Assembly: GCA_043228905.1 (NCBI GenBank)
Contig: JBHGNT010000021.1
Coordinates: forward strand, 2,108,001-2,172,000
Direction of reading: 5' to 3'
Source: Azolla caroliniana
Taxonomy: Eukaryota > Plantae > Polypodiophyta
DNA: 64,000 nt
The notes beneath the pieces were generated by a model. The model was not told where the DNA came from. It did not search any database and saw only the letters and a program-made list of their open reading frames with translations. This document shows, piece after piece, positions 19,299 to 30,891 of this stretch (the first letter of the stretch is position 1; the number at the start of each line of letters is the position of its first letter). The translations under genes and the position numbers were made by a program.

Positions 19299-21755
19299 AT
19301 GCAACTGGACATCTCTCGTCGCCCACATTCTCTTGGTTCCATTGCCGGACCATCAGGCAATTTCACATTGGAGGTATGGCTTTCGTTTAACTCTAGTTCC
19401 ATTCAGTCTGTTGCTTTACTTGATTCTGGGGCATCTTCTTGCTTCATCGACGTCGCGTTTGCCCAAGCACATGGCGTACCTGTCGTTGGCCTCTCCAAAC
19501 CCATTCCAGTTGAAGCCATCGACGGGTGCGTCCTCTCGTCAGGTGCAATTACTCAAGCTACAATCCCATTAGGGCTTCGGGTGGGCTCACACCAAGAGGA
19601 GCTCACCTTTTACCTCATCGCATCTCCTCGACATCCGATCGTCTTAGGACTAACGTGGTTGGAGGCGCACAATCCAATAGTGGATTGGTGCAACCGCTCG
19701 ATCACATTTAGCAAGCCAAGATGCTCGTGCAAAAGTATGAAGGTAAATTCAGTTTCCTATCCTTCGGAGACGGTCGACTCCGAATTGACTACCCCATCAT
19801 CCGTCCAGGATGGGTTTGTTTGTGGCACCATTTCTAACACACTCCATGTTATTCCCGAAAAATACCAACACTTCTCCGACGTATTTGAAAAATGTAATGC
19901 TGATCGGTTGCCTGAACACCGGCTCTACGACTGTCTGATTGATCTTCAAGAAGGTGCGTGTCCACCCTTTGGTCCTCTATATGCGTTGTCTGCACCAGAG
20001 TTGAAGGCCCTTCGTGTGTATCTTGATGAGAACCTCGAGAAAGGCTTTATTCAACCTTCTAAGTCACCAGCCGGGGCCCCCATTTTATTTGTGAAGAAGA
20101 AGGACGGCTCTCTACGCTTATGCGTCGACTACCGAGGTCTCAACAAACTCACTGTGCGCAACCGCTATCCGCTACCTCTGATCCCCGAACTCCTTGATCG
20201 GCTCCGAGTTGCGCGTGTCTTCTCCAAAGTTGATCTGCGTGGCGCGTACAATCTAGTACGCATCAAGCCTGGGGATGAATGGAAAACCGCATTTCGAACA
20301 CAGTATGGGCATTTCGAATACAAGGTAATGCCTTTTGGTCTTACTAACGCTCCCGCAGTTTTTCAACATATGATGAACGATATTTTCCGGGAATATCTTG
20401 ATCTTTTTGTTGTCATTTACCTCGATGATATTCTCATTTTCTCGCCAAACATGGAGGAGCACACTCGCCAAGTCCGATTAGTTCTGGCCAAACTTCGCGA
20501 GCATGGCCTTTATGCCAAAGGCAAGAAATGTGAGTTCGACCGTACCTCGGTCGAATTTCTGGGCTACATCATCTCGCCCAGTGGCATCACCATGGATATG
20601 AAGAAGGTCTCTGTCATTCAGGCGTGGGCGACTCCAAGGCGACTTAAAGATGTGCAATCCTTCCTCGGCTTCGCGAATTTTTACCGTCGCTTCATCAAGG
20701 GGTTTTCCACCCTAACACAACCTCTTATCGCTCTCACCCATAAAGGCACTCCATTTTTATGGACCTCGGAGGCACAAAATGCGTTCGACTCACTCAAACA
20801 CGCATTCATCACTGCCCCGGTGCTGCTACATGCCGACCCCACAAAACCCTTCCAAGTCGAAACCGATGCCTCTGACTTTGCCATTGGCGCCATCTTATCC
20901 CAAGCAGACGACAACAACCTAATGCACCCAGTGGCTTACTATTCCCGAAAATTTACGGCATCTGAAATCAATTATCCCATTTACGACAAGGAGCTTGCTG
21001 CTATCATTGCTGCCTTTGAAGAATGGCGACCCTACTTGGCCGGCGCACAACATCGTGTCCAGGTAGTGACTGATCATAAAAATTTAGTTTATTTTTCCAC
21101 CACTCGTACTTTGAATCGAAGGCAGGCCCGTTGGTCTACATTTCTCGCCGACTACGATTTTGAGATCGTATTTCGACCTGGTGGCCAACATGGGAAGGCT
21201 GATGCCCTTTCTCGCCGAGCTGACCTTGCACTCCGCCCTGGGGATGCTGGGGATGCTGCTTATGCTCAACAATCTAGACGTTTGTTGAAACCCGACCAAT
21301 TGCATCTGTTTGCCACTTGTATGTTGCAGGATGATTCTTTACTCCAACAAATCATTGATGCATCCAAAACCGATGCGTTCGCCAACGAGATTCGAGATAG
21401 TTTGCAAAACCCCTCCAAGGCGACCAAAAGGAAGGATCTTGACACCTTCACCATACAAGAGGGTTTGTTGTTCCGAGATCATCTCTTATACGTCCCAAAG
21501 GGCCCATGTCGCAAGGTCGACCAAATCCTTGACTTGCGTTGGCACCGTCGACACTTGCAATACCTCGTCCTATGGAGGGGTTACCCCATGTCTGAGGCCA
21601 CATGGGAATCATCGGCAAATTTACAAAATGCCCCAGAGGTCGTCCAAGATTTTCATCACCGATATCCCCACAAACCAGCGGCCGATTTGGGAAGGCGGCG
21701 GCGTAAGAGGGGGGATAATGTCAAGATTCGAACTCTTGACACGACCATGTTATAA
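19299..21755 (+). CDS. pol: Pol of element E: protease, RT, RNase H, chromodomain (no integrase)
   Basis: LLDSGAS, LRLCVDYRGLN, YLDD, ETDASDFAIG, ADALSRR, then LYVPKGPCR joined to KVDQILD..QYLVLWRGY..ATWE. It is in the -1 frame to gag and open from a G GAA AAC site at 19266-19272. Confidence 0.93.
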   Translation: MQLDISRRPHSLGSIAGPSGNFTLEVWLSFNSSSIQSVALLDSGASSCFIDVAFAQAHGVPVVGLSKPIPVEAIDGCVLSSGAITQATIPLGLRVGSHQEELTFYLIASPRHPIVLGLTWLEAHNPIVDWCNRSITFSKPRCSCKSMKVNSVSYPSETVDSELTTPSSVQDGFVCGTISNTLHVIPEKYQHFSDVFEKCNADRLPEHRLYDCLIDLQEGACPPFGPLYALSAPELKALRVYLDENLEKGFIQPSKSPAGAPILFVKKKDGSLRLCVDYRGLNKLTVRNRYPLPLIPELLDRLRVARVFSKVDLRGAYNLVRIKPGDEWKTAFRTQYGHFEYKVMPFGLTNAPAVFQHMMNDIFREYLDLFVVIYLDDILIFSPNMEEHTRQVRLVLAKLREHGLYAKGKKCEFDRTSVEFLGYIISPSGITMDMKKVSVIQAWATPRRLKDVQSFLGFANFYRRFIKGFSTLTQPLIALTHKGTPFLWTSEAQNAFDSLKHAFITAPVLLHADPTKPFQVETDASDFAIGAILSQADDNNLMHPVAYYSRKFTASEINYPIYDKELAAIIAAFEEWRPYLAGAQHRVQVVTDHKNLVYFSTTRTLNRRQARWSTFLADYDFEIVFRPGGQHGKADALSRRADLALRPGDAGDAAYAQQSRRLLKPDQLHLFATCMLQDDSLLQQIIDASKTDAFANEIRDSLQNPSKATKRKDLDTFTIQEGLLFRDHLLYVPKGPCRKVDQILDLRWHRRHLQYLVLWRGYPMSEATWESSANLQNAPEVVQDFHHRYPHKPAADLGRRRRKRGDNVKIRTLDTTML

Positions 21756-22071
21756 TCTACTATTATGAGTTAACCAAGATATCTAGTACTAGTTATGTAT
21801 GTAATTGTTCCTTATTATTTTGCTAGCATCATGTGCATAGTTGCTCCCTTGTAGTATTTACACTTGGCACATGCATGCATACCTACATGCTCTATTGTAG
21901 ATTCACATGCGTGCAACAAGTATGCATGCCATGTAGTATAAATAGAGGAGTTCACCTTGAAGGAATTCAAGGTGAACAACACCAGTTATGGAGTCTTTCC
22001 TTTAGTACTATCTTCTTTCTTGTCCATTTGGTTATCTTCTTCGTTGTCTCTTGAGTTTATGATCCGTGACA
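21719..22071 (+). repeat. 3' LTR of element E
   Basis: Copy of 5838-6190, preceded by PPT, followed by TSD ACCGA. Confidence 0.96.
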
Positions 22072-23746
22072 ACCGAACCAGGAACCGGTCCACCACTCAT
22101 GGATTCTCAGAACCCAGCCGTGCGAATCATCATTAAGGGACAAGACCTGCACGGATGCATCATCGACGACGGATCCGGCGTAAACGTTATTAGCGAGTCA
22201 ACGTGTCTCAACCTAGGCTTGAATCAATGGGAACCATGCCCCTTTTGGCTTCGGATGGCCGACACCCGCTCCATTCGCCCCATTGGTTTAATCCGCCATC
22301 TCGACTTCACACTCAGAGGCCACATGTTCACGATCTCGGCCGTCGTGCTACGACTGGAGACACAAGGCGCGTACCCAATGTTACTAGGTCGACCATGGTT
22401 GCGTACGGTGAATATCAAGCAACATTGGCAACGCAACATGATCTCGTTTCGAAGAGGAAAGACAAAACTCCGAATCATCACTGAAGAACGAGTCCCCGTC
22501 GCCCTCAACACTTCGCCGTTATACGCGGAAGGGGTCCATATGCTTGACGGGTTGGCTGATGAGGAGGTCGATGACTTCCTAGAGGATCATCCCACGATCA
22601 TCCCTCTCTTCGAAATCAATGCCTTACCAACCATCGAGCCATCTAAAGACGAGGAAGTCACGGAGGAGTCACCACCCCAGGATGAACCAGATGCAACCAT
22701 AGTTGCCGAGCTACGTCATGCTCGGGAGGCTTTCGAACGCGAACTCGCCATTTCACAACGGGTGAAAGCATCAACCCTGGAAAAAATAAACCTCGGTTTG
22801 GACGAGAATCCCCGTACGGTATAAATTGCCAATAATCTACCAACCGGCGAACGGGCATGCCTCGTAAAATTACTCACCGACTACCAGGATGTTTTCGCTT
22901 GGTCTTACACCGATATGAAGGGGCTGGATCCTCAATACTACCAACATCAAATTCACATCTTACCCGACACTCGACCGGTTCAGCAGAGGCGCTACAGGAT
23001 GAACCCCAACTACGCCGCTAAAGTTTGAAAGAGGAAATTGACAAACTACTCCAAGTGGGCTTCATTCGCCCTGTTAAACGGGCTACATGGTTGAGCCCGA
23101 TCGTAGTGGTCCCAAAAAAGAACGGAAAAATCCGCATCTGCGTCAACTATCGGAAGCTTAACGCGGCAACAGTCACCGACGGTTTCCCTCTCCCATTCAC
23201 GGATAACATCCTCGACACAGTAGCCGGCCACGAATGCTACAATTTCCTCGACGGGTTCAGCGGCTATAACCAGATAAGAATGCACCCGGAGGATCAGGAG
23301 AAAACCGCTTTCGTCACGGAATGGGGTGTTTTTGTAGCAGAAGTTATGATGTTCGGTCTAAAAACGGCGCCGGCTACGTTCCAGCGCATCATCACCGAAA
23401 TCTTTCATGACTACATCTCGGCGTTCATGCAAGTCTTTCTCGACGATTTCACCATGTATGGCCATCGACGGGAACACATGACCCAATTACGACTCTGCCT
23501 GGACCGATGTCGCCAAGCTCAATTGAGTTTAAACCCGGTGAAATGCGCGTTCTTAGTCACCAGCGGTAACCTTCTCGGCCACATTGTCAGTCAAGAAGGC
23601 ATCGCTATGGACCCGGATAAAGTAAAGGCAATCCTGAATGCCACCGCACCCTCGAACGCTAAGGCACTAAGCCATTTTTTGGGACAGATCCGGTGGCACA
23701 GCCGAATGATACGACACCTGGCCGATTTCGCGACACCCTTACACGC

Positions 23747-26700
23747 TGTCGTGAAGATTTTCGTCCACGAGCGGAAACCCGAGCAACGAGAGCCAAAGAG
23801 CGATGTGCAACGTTGCACACGTACATAATGTATTTGTAATAATAATAGGGGTAAAGGGTATGGTGCTAGAAATGCCCCATAAGATCCCTAAGGTATAAAG
23901 GCGATATGGTCTTGTGCGCACATCCACGCGCGAGAGAGAGAGAGGTACTATGCGGTACATAGGTACCTAGTTGTTTGTGAGGAGGTGGGAGTTAAGGGGG
24001 CCATCAATCTCACCCTCCCCAAATCAAGGCAAATATCCCCTTTGAATGAAAGGGGATATTTTAGTCTCGTTTTTGTAAACGGTCTTCCCTCCTTGTGCTA
24101 TAAAAGGAGAGGGAAGGCACCATTGTGAGGGTTGCCTATTTTGAGTGTGCGAGGTATACCACATAGGTCGAGCGTTAGGGTTAGGGTTAGGGATTCTTTA
24201 TCTTTATCTTCATCTTCGTCGGTTAGGGTTTCGAGTAGTCGTTTAGTGCGGCCTACGCGGCCACCATTTTGTAATCGTTCATTTCATTTTAATACATCTT
24301 GTTGATCATCTTGTCTCCATCTTCCTCTTGTTCGATCTAATCTCGTGTTCATTCTTCTTCTTCTTGAGCAAAGCTTCCATTCCCTGTCCGATTCCTTCTC
24401 CTCCACTCCTTAGTCCAAGACCCCTGTGGTCCCGCCCTTCTCCACGCACGCGCGTAGCAACGCGACATCTTTGGTGAACCCGACGTGAAGAGGCGGCAAG
24501 GGAGGAAGGAGATGGAAGACAGAGACATCGTGGAAGTAATTACGAGAATGGCAAGGGATTTCGCAAGAAGGAGAGAAAGACGGGAAGAGGCGTACAAATA
24601 CGATCGACGCGAGTTCGATCTATGGGTGTCGTCGGCAAAGGCTCCTCAAAGCGCAATAAAGGCATTCCGGGAGTTCGATCTCCGGTTTTCCCAACTTTCG
24701 GTCCGGGATCAAGAATCGGTGGGGGCGGACAAGGTCCCACTATTCTTGAAGTCGGTCAACGAAAGGGGAAGAATGGCCATTTTTCCCTACCTCGAAGACG
24801 ATGAAGGGGCGTACGGCCTCACCGAAGATTGGAACGAGGTCGAATGGGTGTGCATACAATGCGATGAGAGGCGGTCGGCCACAATGCGGCCCGCGAGCGG
24901 CGGAGAAGAGAGAGCGGCGACCGACTACGCACTACCGTCGGAAGAGAGCTCAACGCAAATCAGTTCGGAGGAGCTCGACATCGAAGCCTTGGTGCGGGAA
25001 GCGTACGAGATCGTAGAAGCACAAATCGAAGCCGAAGAAGGGCTTATTGCGGAGTCGGGGCCGAGCGGATCGGAGGATGAGGAGGCTGAAAGAGAATGGT
25101 ACATCGGTACCACGGGAGAGGGTGCGGAGCGAGCCACCCTCTCGACATGCGGAGAAAGATCGACCGAGGACGAGGTCGGAGACGGTGAGGCGGCGATCGC
25201 CGGTTCGAGCGGACATGAGGGACTTCGGGCATGGAGGCCCGAAACATCGAGCGGGGAGAAGACGGGCGGTGGTGCCGGGACCTTACGCACACCGGGCCTA
25301 GAGACTCCGGCAACCGGCCCGAGAGCCGGTGTGAGACCTAGAGTGACGGGCGGTGGCGGCGGCAAGGCGGGCGACCATGATGGTGACATGGGAGAGGGTG
25401 CGGAAAGAGCGACTCTCTCGTCTTGCGGCGAATGGACGGCCATGGAGGCCGGTAACTACGGATTCGGGACATGGCGGCCCGAAACATCGAGTGAGGAGGA
25501 GACAAGCGGCGGTGCCACGACCTTACACACACCGGCCCTAGAGGCACCGACGGTCGGCCCGATTGCCGGCGTGAGACCTAGAGCGACGGGCGGTGGCAGT
25601 GACAAGGCGGGCAACCGAGACAACGGTAAGGAGACCGTGGAAGAGGAGGTGGCAAGCATAATTGATGCTTGCATATACATAGGCGGGGTAGCCACAGACG
25701 ATGATGTCCGAATGGAGGTGGCTACGGGCATAGCATCGACGAGCGGAGGCGTTGCTACCTTACACGCTCCGGTTCAAGAGACCTCGGCGGCCGGCCCGAG
25801 TGCCCGCGTGAGACCTAGGGTAACGAACGGTGGCGGCTGCAAGGCGGGCAACCACGACGACGATGTGGGAGAGGGTGCGGAGCGAGCGACCCTCTCGACT
25901 TGTGGAAAGAGGACGGCCATGGATGAGGCCGATATCTACGAAGCAATGGACGCTACTTCGAGAGTGGGCGAAAGTTTTGGGATGCAGTTGCCCAAAAACG
26001 TTCTACGAGGATTTTGCGAGCCTACTCGAGGCTTGCGAAATCGAGGAAGAAGAGGAGACGAGCGGCGGTGCCGCGACCTTCCACACACCGGTCCTAGAGA
26101 CTCCGGCAACCGGCCCGAGAGCCGGTGAGAGACCTAGAGAGACGGACGATGTCGGCGGCAAGGCGGGCAAGCAAAATGACGAAGAGGAGGTTTGTAGCGG
26201 ACGGAGGCGAGATCCCTCGACACTGGGGCCGGAGAGTTCGGCGGTTGCGCCCGAGCGCGGACATAAGACCGGGGAGATGGGCGGTGGCCGTGAGGGTGAG
26301 AGGCCTGGAGTTGGCACGTGCGAAAAGACCGAAGGAGAGGCCCGGAGCGGCATCGAGGAGCGAGTCGGGAACCGACCGACCGAAAGATAAGCCGGTCGAT
26401 AATCCGACCCGACCGGGAGGCGGAGCGGAAGAAGAGTGAAGTGGGGTCCGGTCAACCGGGCCCAAACCGAAGAAGAACCGGCAAGGCCGGATTTGCGCAG
26501 ACAAACATGTACCGGCCGGTTACGATTACAGAAGGGAGCCGACCAAACCGGAACTCGATCGGCCGAGACCGATCTGGGCGAAGGCTAAGTCGGCATGATT
26601 GGAGATCGGGGAGGACGGGTCACAACACGCGACGAGAGCCGTTGAGCGTATTGAGGAGGCCTAGTGGGCATGGTGATCATGGCTTGCTAGAAGACCGAGA

Positions 26701-28837
26701 GCGAGAGGGACCTTCCACACCCATTCTAGAGACTTCGGCGGTTGCGGATCAACGTGAGACCGGAGAGACGGCGGGTGGCGGCGAGGAGTCGGAGGCCGAA
26801 GCGGACAAAGTTATCGGAGTGGGTATCCGGTATGAGATGATGGACGAGGGGGTCCAAGATGGCGAGCCCGGGTCGGAACGGGCTACAATGACAAAGGAAG
26901 AAGTGGCCGACGCGGAGGTCGGGTCTACGGCGGATGAAGGGCGTAACACGAAGCATGCATTACAGTCGGTGAAGGGCCCAAGAACGAGCATGCATCCGAG
27001 AGAGCGTCAACGAGTGACCAGAAATGGTGGACTGATTGAGCCTTTGAGAGGCGAGGACTCGGTGGTGGACCGAGAGTGGGAGGAACCCTCCACACCTACC
27101 CGTGAAGCATCGGCGGTCGCGGATCGAAAGTAGAACGAAAAAACGGTGGGTGGCGGCGAGGAGTTGGAGATTGACGCGGAGATCGGGTCTACGGTGGAAG
27201 CACGACATGAGACACATGCAATACGGCCGGTGGAGGGCCAAGACACAAGCATGCATACGGCGGATGGGCGACAACGATTGACCGACGATGACAGTCGGGT
27301 CAAGCCTTCAAGAGGCAAGCGCGGGACGAAGGACGGCGCGGCGAAACACCAAGAACGAGGAGTCCATGGGCCAAGCGCGATCGGCATGAGCGGAGAATCA
27401 TATCTAGGAAAATGGAGGAGATGCGCGGAGAACAACGGGGAACACGCCGGGAAGAGAAACCGTGGCGGCTTCCCGGAGGGCATACAAGGCCAAGCAGGCC
27501 AAGAGGGCGCAAGTCGAGGCGAAGCGGTAACGAGAGCCTCGAGGGACACCGACACGAAGGTCGGGATGACAGTACGCTCTACCACGAGAGAGCACGGCGA
27601 ACAACGGGGACAGCCTACGGAAGCCGAGCGCGGAGCGGAGAGAATCGGCACGCTGAGGTGCACGGCACGCAAAGGGCGGAATCCGGCATGTGACCGGGAG
27701 TGCATCCGAAGGATATACGAGGTGGACAAAGGAAGAGCAACCGGGTCGGCGACGGCGTTCGGGAGGACCAAACGGGGAGGAAAGCATGGGCATCGGATAC
27801 GGCGGGTCGGATGTAGTCGGTGGTTCAAGGACCCACGGTGGACGTGGCGGATCAGGTGGAGGCAACGACTCGGCGAACATCGTCAAGTGTGGCGGATCGG
27901 ATGGCGCCGACGGTTCGAGATCATTCGGCGAGGATGGTGGACCGGAAGACGGCAGTGGTTCGTGTGGACAGGGTGGTCTTGCTCGAAGTGGAAGACAAAA
28001 TCGGGGAGGCCCACGAGGACACTAAGGACTTGGCCGGTCGTGGTGGCTGAAAATCTCATGTTCTCTCCCCTATGTTTTGGCACATACTGGTGGATGTGCG
28101 GTTAGGTGGGGGCGGATGTCGTGAAGATTTTCATCCACGAGTGGAAACCCGAGCAACGAGAGCCAAAGAGCGATGTGCAACGTTGCACGCTTACATAATG
28201 TATTTGTAATAATAATAGGGGTAAAGGGTATGGTGCTAGAAATGCCCCATAAGATCCCTAAGGTATAAAGGTGATGTGGTCTTGTGCGCACATCCACGCG
28301 AGAGAGAGAGAGAGGTACTATGCGGTACATAGGTACCTAGTTGTTTGTAAGGAGGTGGGAGTTAAGGGGGCCATCAATCTCACCCTCCCCAAATCAAGGC
28401 AAATATCCCCTTTGAATGAAAGGGGATATTTTAGTCTCGTTTTTGTAAACGGTCTTCCCTCCTTGTGCTATAAAAGGAGAGGGAAGGCACCATTGTGAGG
28501 GTTGCCTATTTTGAGTGTGCGAGGTATACCACATAGGTCGAGCGTTAGGGTTAGGGTTAGGGATTCTTTATCTTTATCTTCATCTTCGTCGGTTAGGGTT
28601 TCGAGTAGTCGTTTAGTGCGGCCTACGCGGCCACCATTTTGTAATCGTTCATTTCATTTTAATACATCTTGTTGATCATCTTGTCTCCATCTTCCTCTTG
28701 TTCGATCTAATCTCGTGTTCATTCTTCTTCTTCTTGAGCAAAGCTTCCATTCCCTGTCTGATTCCTTCTCCTCCACTCCTTAGTCCAAGACCCCCGTGGT
28801 CCCGCCCTTCTCCACGCACGTGCATAGCAACGCGACA
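23747..28837 (+). mobile_element. Element G: non-autonomous capsid-only LTR element of the A/C/D system
   Basis: 721-bp LTRs 23747-24467 and 28117-28837 (~12 mismatches by eye). TSD ACGC at 23743-23746 and 28838-28841. tRNA-Trp PBS 24472-24489; PPT 28104-28116. Confidence 0.95.
24485..28105 (+). pseudogene. Gag-like/repeat ORF of G, broken by frameshifts and stops
   Basis: ORFs 24485-26128, 25830-26390, 26318-27133 and 27146-28105 are collinear with the D ORFs; the N-terminal half of the capsid-like region is deleted relative to A and D. Confidence 0.8.
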
Positions 28838-30891
28838 ACGCGGCAGTCCATCGCCTTCCTTTCCAATGGACGTCAGTCGAGGACACGGCCTATCAGACCC
28901 TGAAACGAACCGTTTCATGTCTTCGTAGATGCTTCAGACATCGCCATCGGAAGTGCCCTGATGCAATGCACACCCCCGAATTGGTATAGGCCCGTGTACT
29001 ACGCCAGTCGACGGCTCTCGACCGCGGAAAAGAATTACTCCACCACCGAGCGGGAGGCCCTCGGTATGATTTATAGCATCAATAAATTTCGGCATTACCT
29101 CTTGGGCCGAAAATTTACCTTTCACGTGGATCACTCGGCCCTTCTTTATTTGGTCAAAAACAAGCCCTCACCGGACGGTTGGCTCGGTGGATGCTCCTAC
29201 TACAAGAGTTTGATTTTCAGATTCAGCATCGACTCGGGGTACAACATGTCGTCGCCGACTACTTGAGCCGTCTTGAGTCAGGAGAACCGACAAAAACAAC
29301 GTACGACGAGCTACCAGACGCCAGACAATAACGGAGATGAGTGACGGAGATGACCCATTTTCTCACTACCGGTGTACCTCCCGAGCACATAACCCTTGAC
29401 ACGAGAAAACGCCTAGCAGTGCGTAGCCAGAATTTTTGCTTCGTCTCGGACATTCTCTACCACAAAGGCTCGGACGACATATGGCGCCGAGCGATTCGGC
29501 AATTCGAGAAGAACATCGTTCTTCAGGAAGCCCACCAGGGAGTAGCTGGGGGACACTAAGCCAGGGATTGCACGGCAAGGAAAGTTTGGCAAAGTGGATT
29601 ATGGTGGCCGACAACGAAGAAAGACGCTCACGAGTTTTGCCGGCAGTGCGATTTGTGCCAACGTCTGGGGCAACCAATGGAACAGTCACGGATGGCACAC
29701 CAGCCAATTCTTCCGTTGGACCCGTTTCAAATATGGGGTTTGGATTTTGTAGGCCCTTTCAAACCACCCGCGGCCCGAACAGGGAATAGGTATATTATCA
29801 TTGCCACGGATTACTGCACCAAATGGGTCGAGGCTAAGGCACTCCGAGATAACACGGCGGCACCATGGCTAAATTTGTGTATGAGCACCTCTGGTCCCGT
29901 TACGGATGTCCAATCGAGCTCGTTAGTGACCAAGGTGGGCACTTCATCAATCATATAATACGTGAGCTTACACACCACTACGTGGTGGTGCACAAGAAAA
30001 GCACACCATACTACCCGCAGGCGAATGGCTTGGCAGAATCGACCAATAAAATCCTCCAAACCATACTGAAGAAGATCGTGAATGAAAACAGGACCGATTG
30101 GGATGACAAACTCCAGAGCGCGCTGTGGGCGTATCGTACGACTTTCAAAACAAGCATCCAATCGACCCCCTTTCGAATGGCATTCGGATTAGAAGCCGTA
30201 ATGCCCGTCGAGTTCCAAGTTCCGAGCCTCCGAGTTCAAGTCAAAGCACGGCTCCCCGAGGCCGAATCCGAGCAATACCGGCTGGAACAACTCCTCAAAC
30301 TCGGGGAAGATAGGACAGAGAGTATGGCCCAGCTCGAACAACACCAACGGCAACGCAAGGCTTTCGTGGATCGACATCGACATGGGCTGGAGAAGGAGCT
30401 CACCATCGGCAAACCAGTTCTTCTTTTCCAAACACGGCTCGGGTCAATGCCGGGAAAATTAAGATTTCGGTGGACTGGTCCATTCTGGATTATCAACGAG
30501 TTCAACGGGACGTTCCAGCTCGGCACACTCGCCGGCGACACGGTCAAAAGCTGGGCCAATGGTTTTCGACTTCGACCATATCGAGGGACTACACCACCCA
30601 ACCCGTTTACCAAGCCACACGGCACAAACAAGACTCGGGAGATCACCACGGAGGACGCCACGTGTCCCCTTGAATAAGGACTCACCCACCTTCTTGAAAT
30701 TAATAAAAGTAGTAGTAGGTAGGATTAACCATAGTTTAGCCATTGATTAGCTACACCTACACCACCCACCTAGGCACCCACAATTTTAGGAGCACCCCTT
30801 GCCACCACTCAGTTAGTACTTATATTAAGCACATGCAAAGCACTAGAAGCACCCCACTCACCTTCAGGACACGTGGTGCTAGTCACTTATT

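Larger units (their letters stand above)
5838..22071 (+). mobile_element. Element E: Tcn1-like chromovirus (Ty3/Gypsy), self-priming, integrase deleted
   Basis: 353-bp LTRs 5838-6190 and 21719-22071 with no difference seen. TSD ACCGA at 5833-5837 and 22072-22076. PPT AAGAGGGGGGA before 21719. gag plus PR-RT-RH-chromodomain. Confidence 0.93.
22072..30677 (+). pseudogene. pol of element F (PR-RT-RH-IN), interrupted by G (coding parts 22072-23746 and 28842-30677)
   Basis: CIIDDGSG, DVFAWSY, FLDGFSGYNQI, FLDD; LHA|AVH rejoins across TSD ACGC; [33 protein letters not shown]; several stops and frameshifts. Confidence 0.92.
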
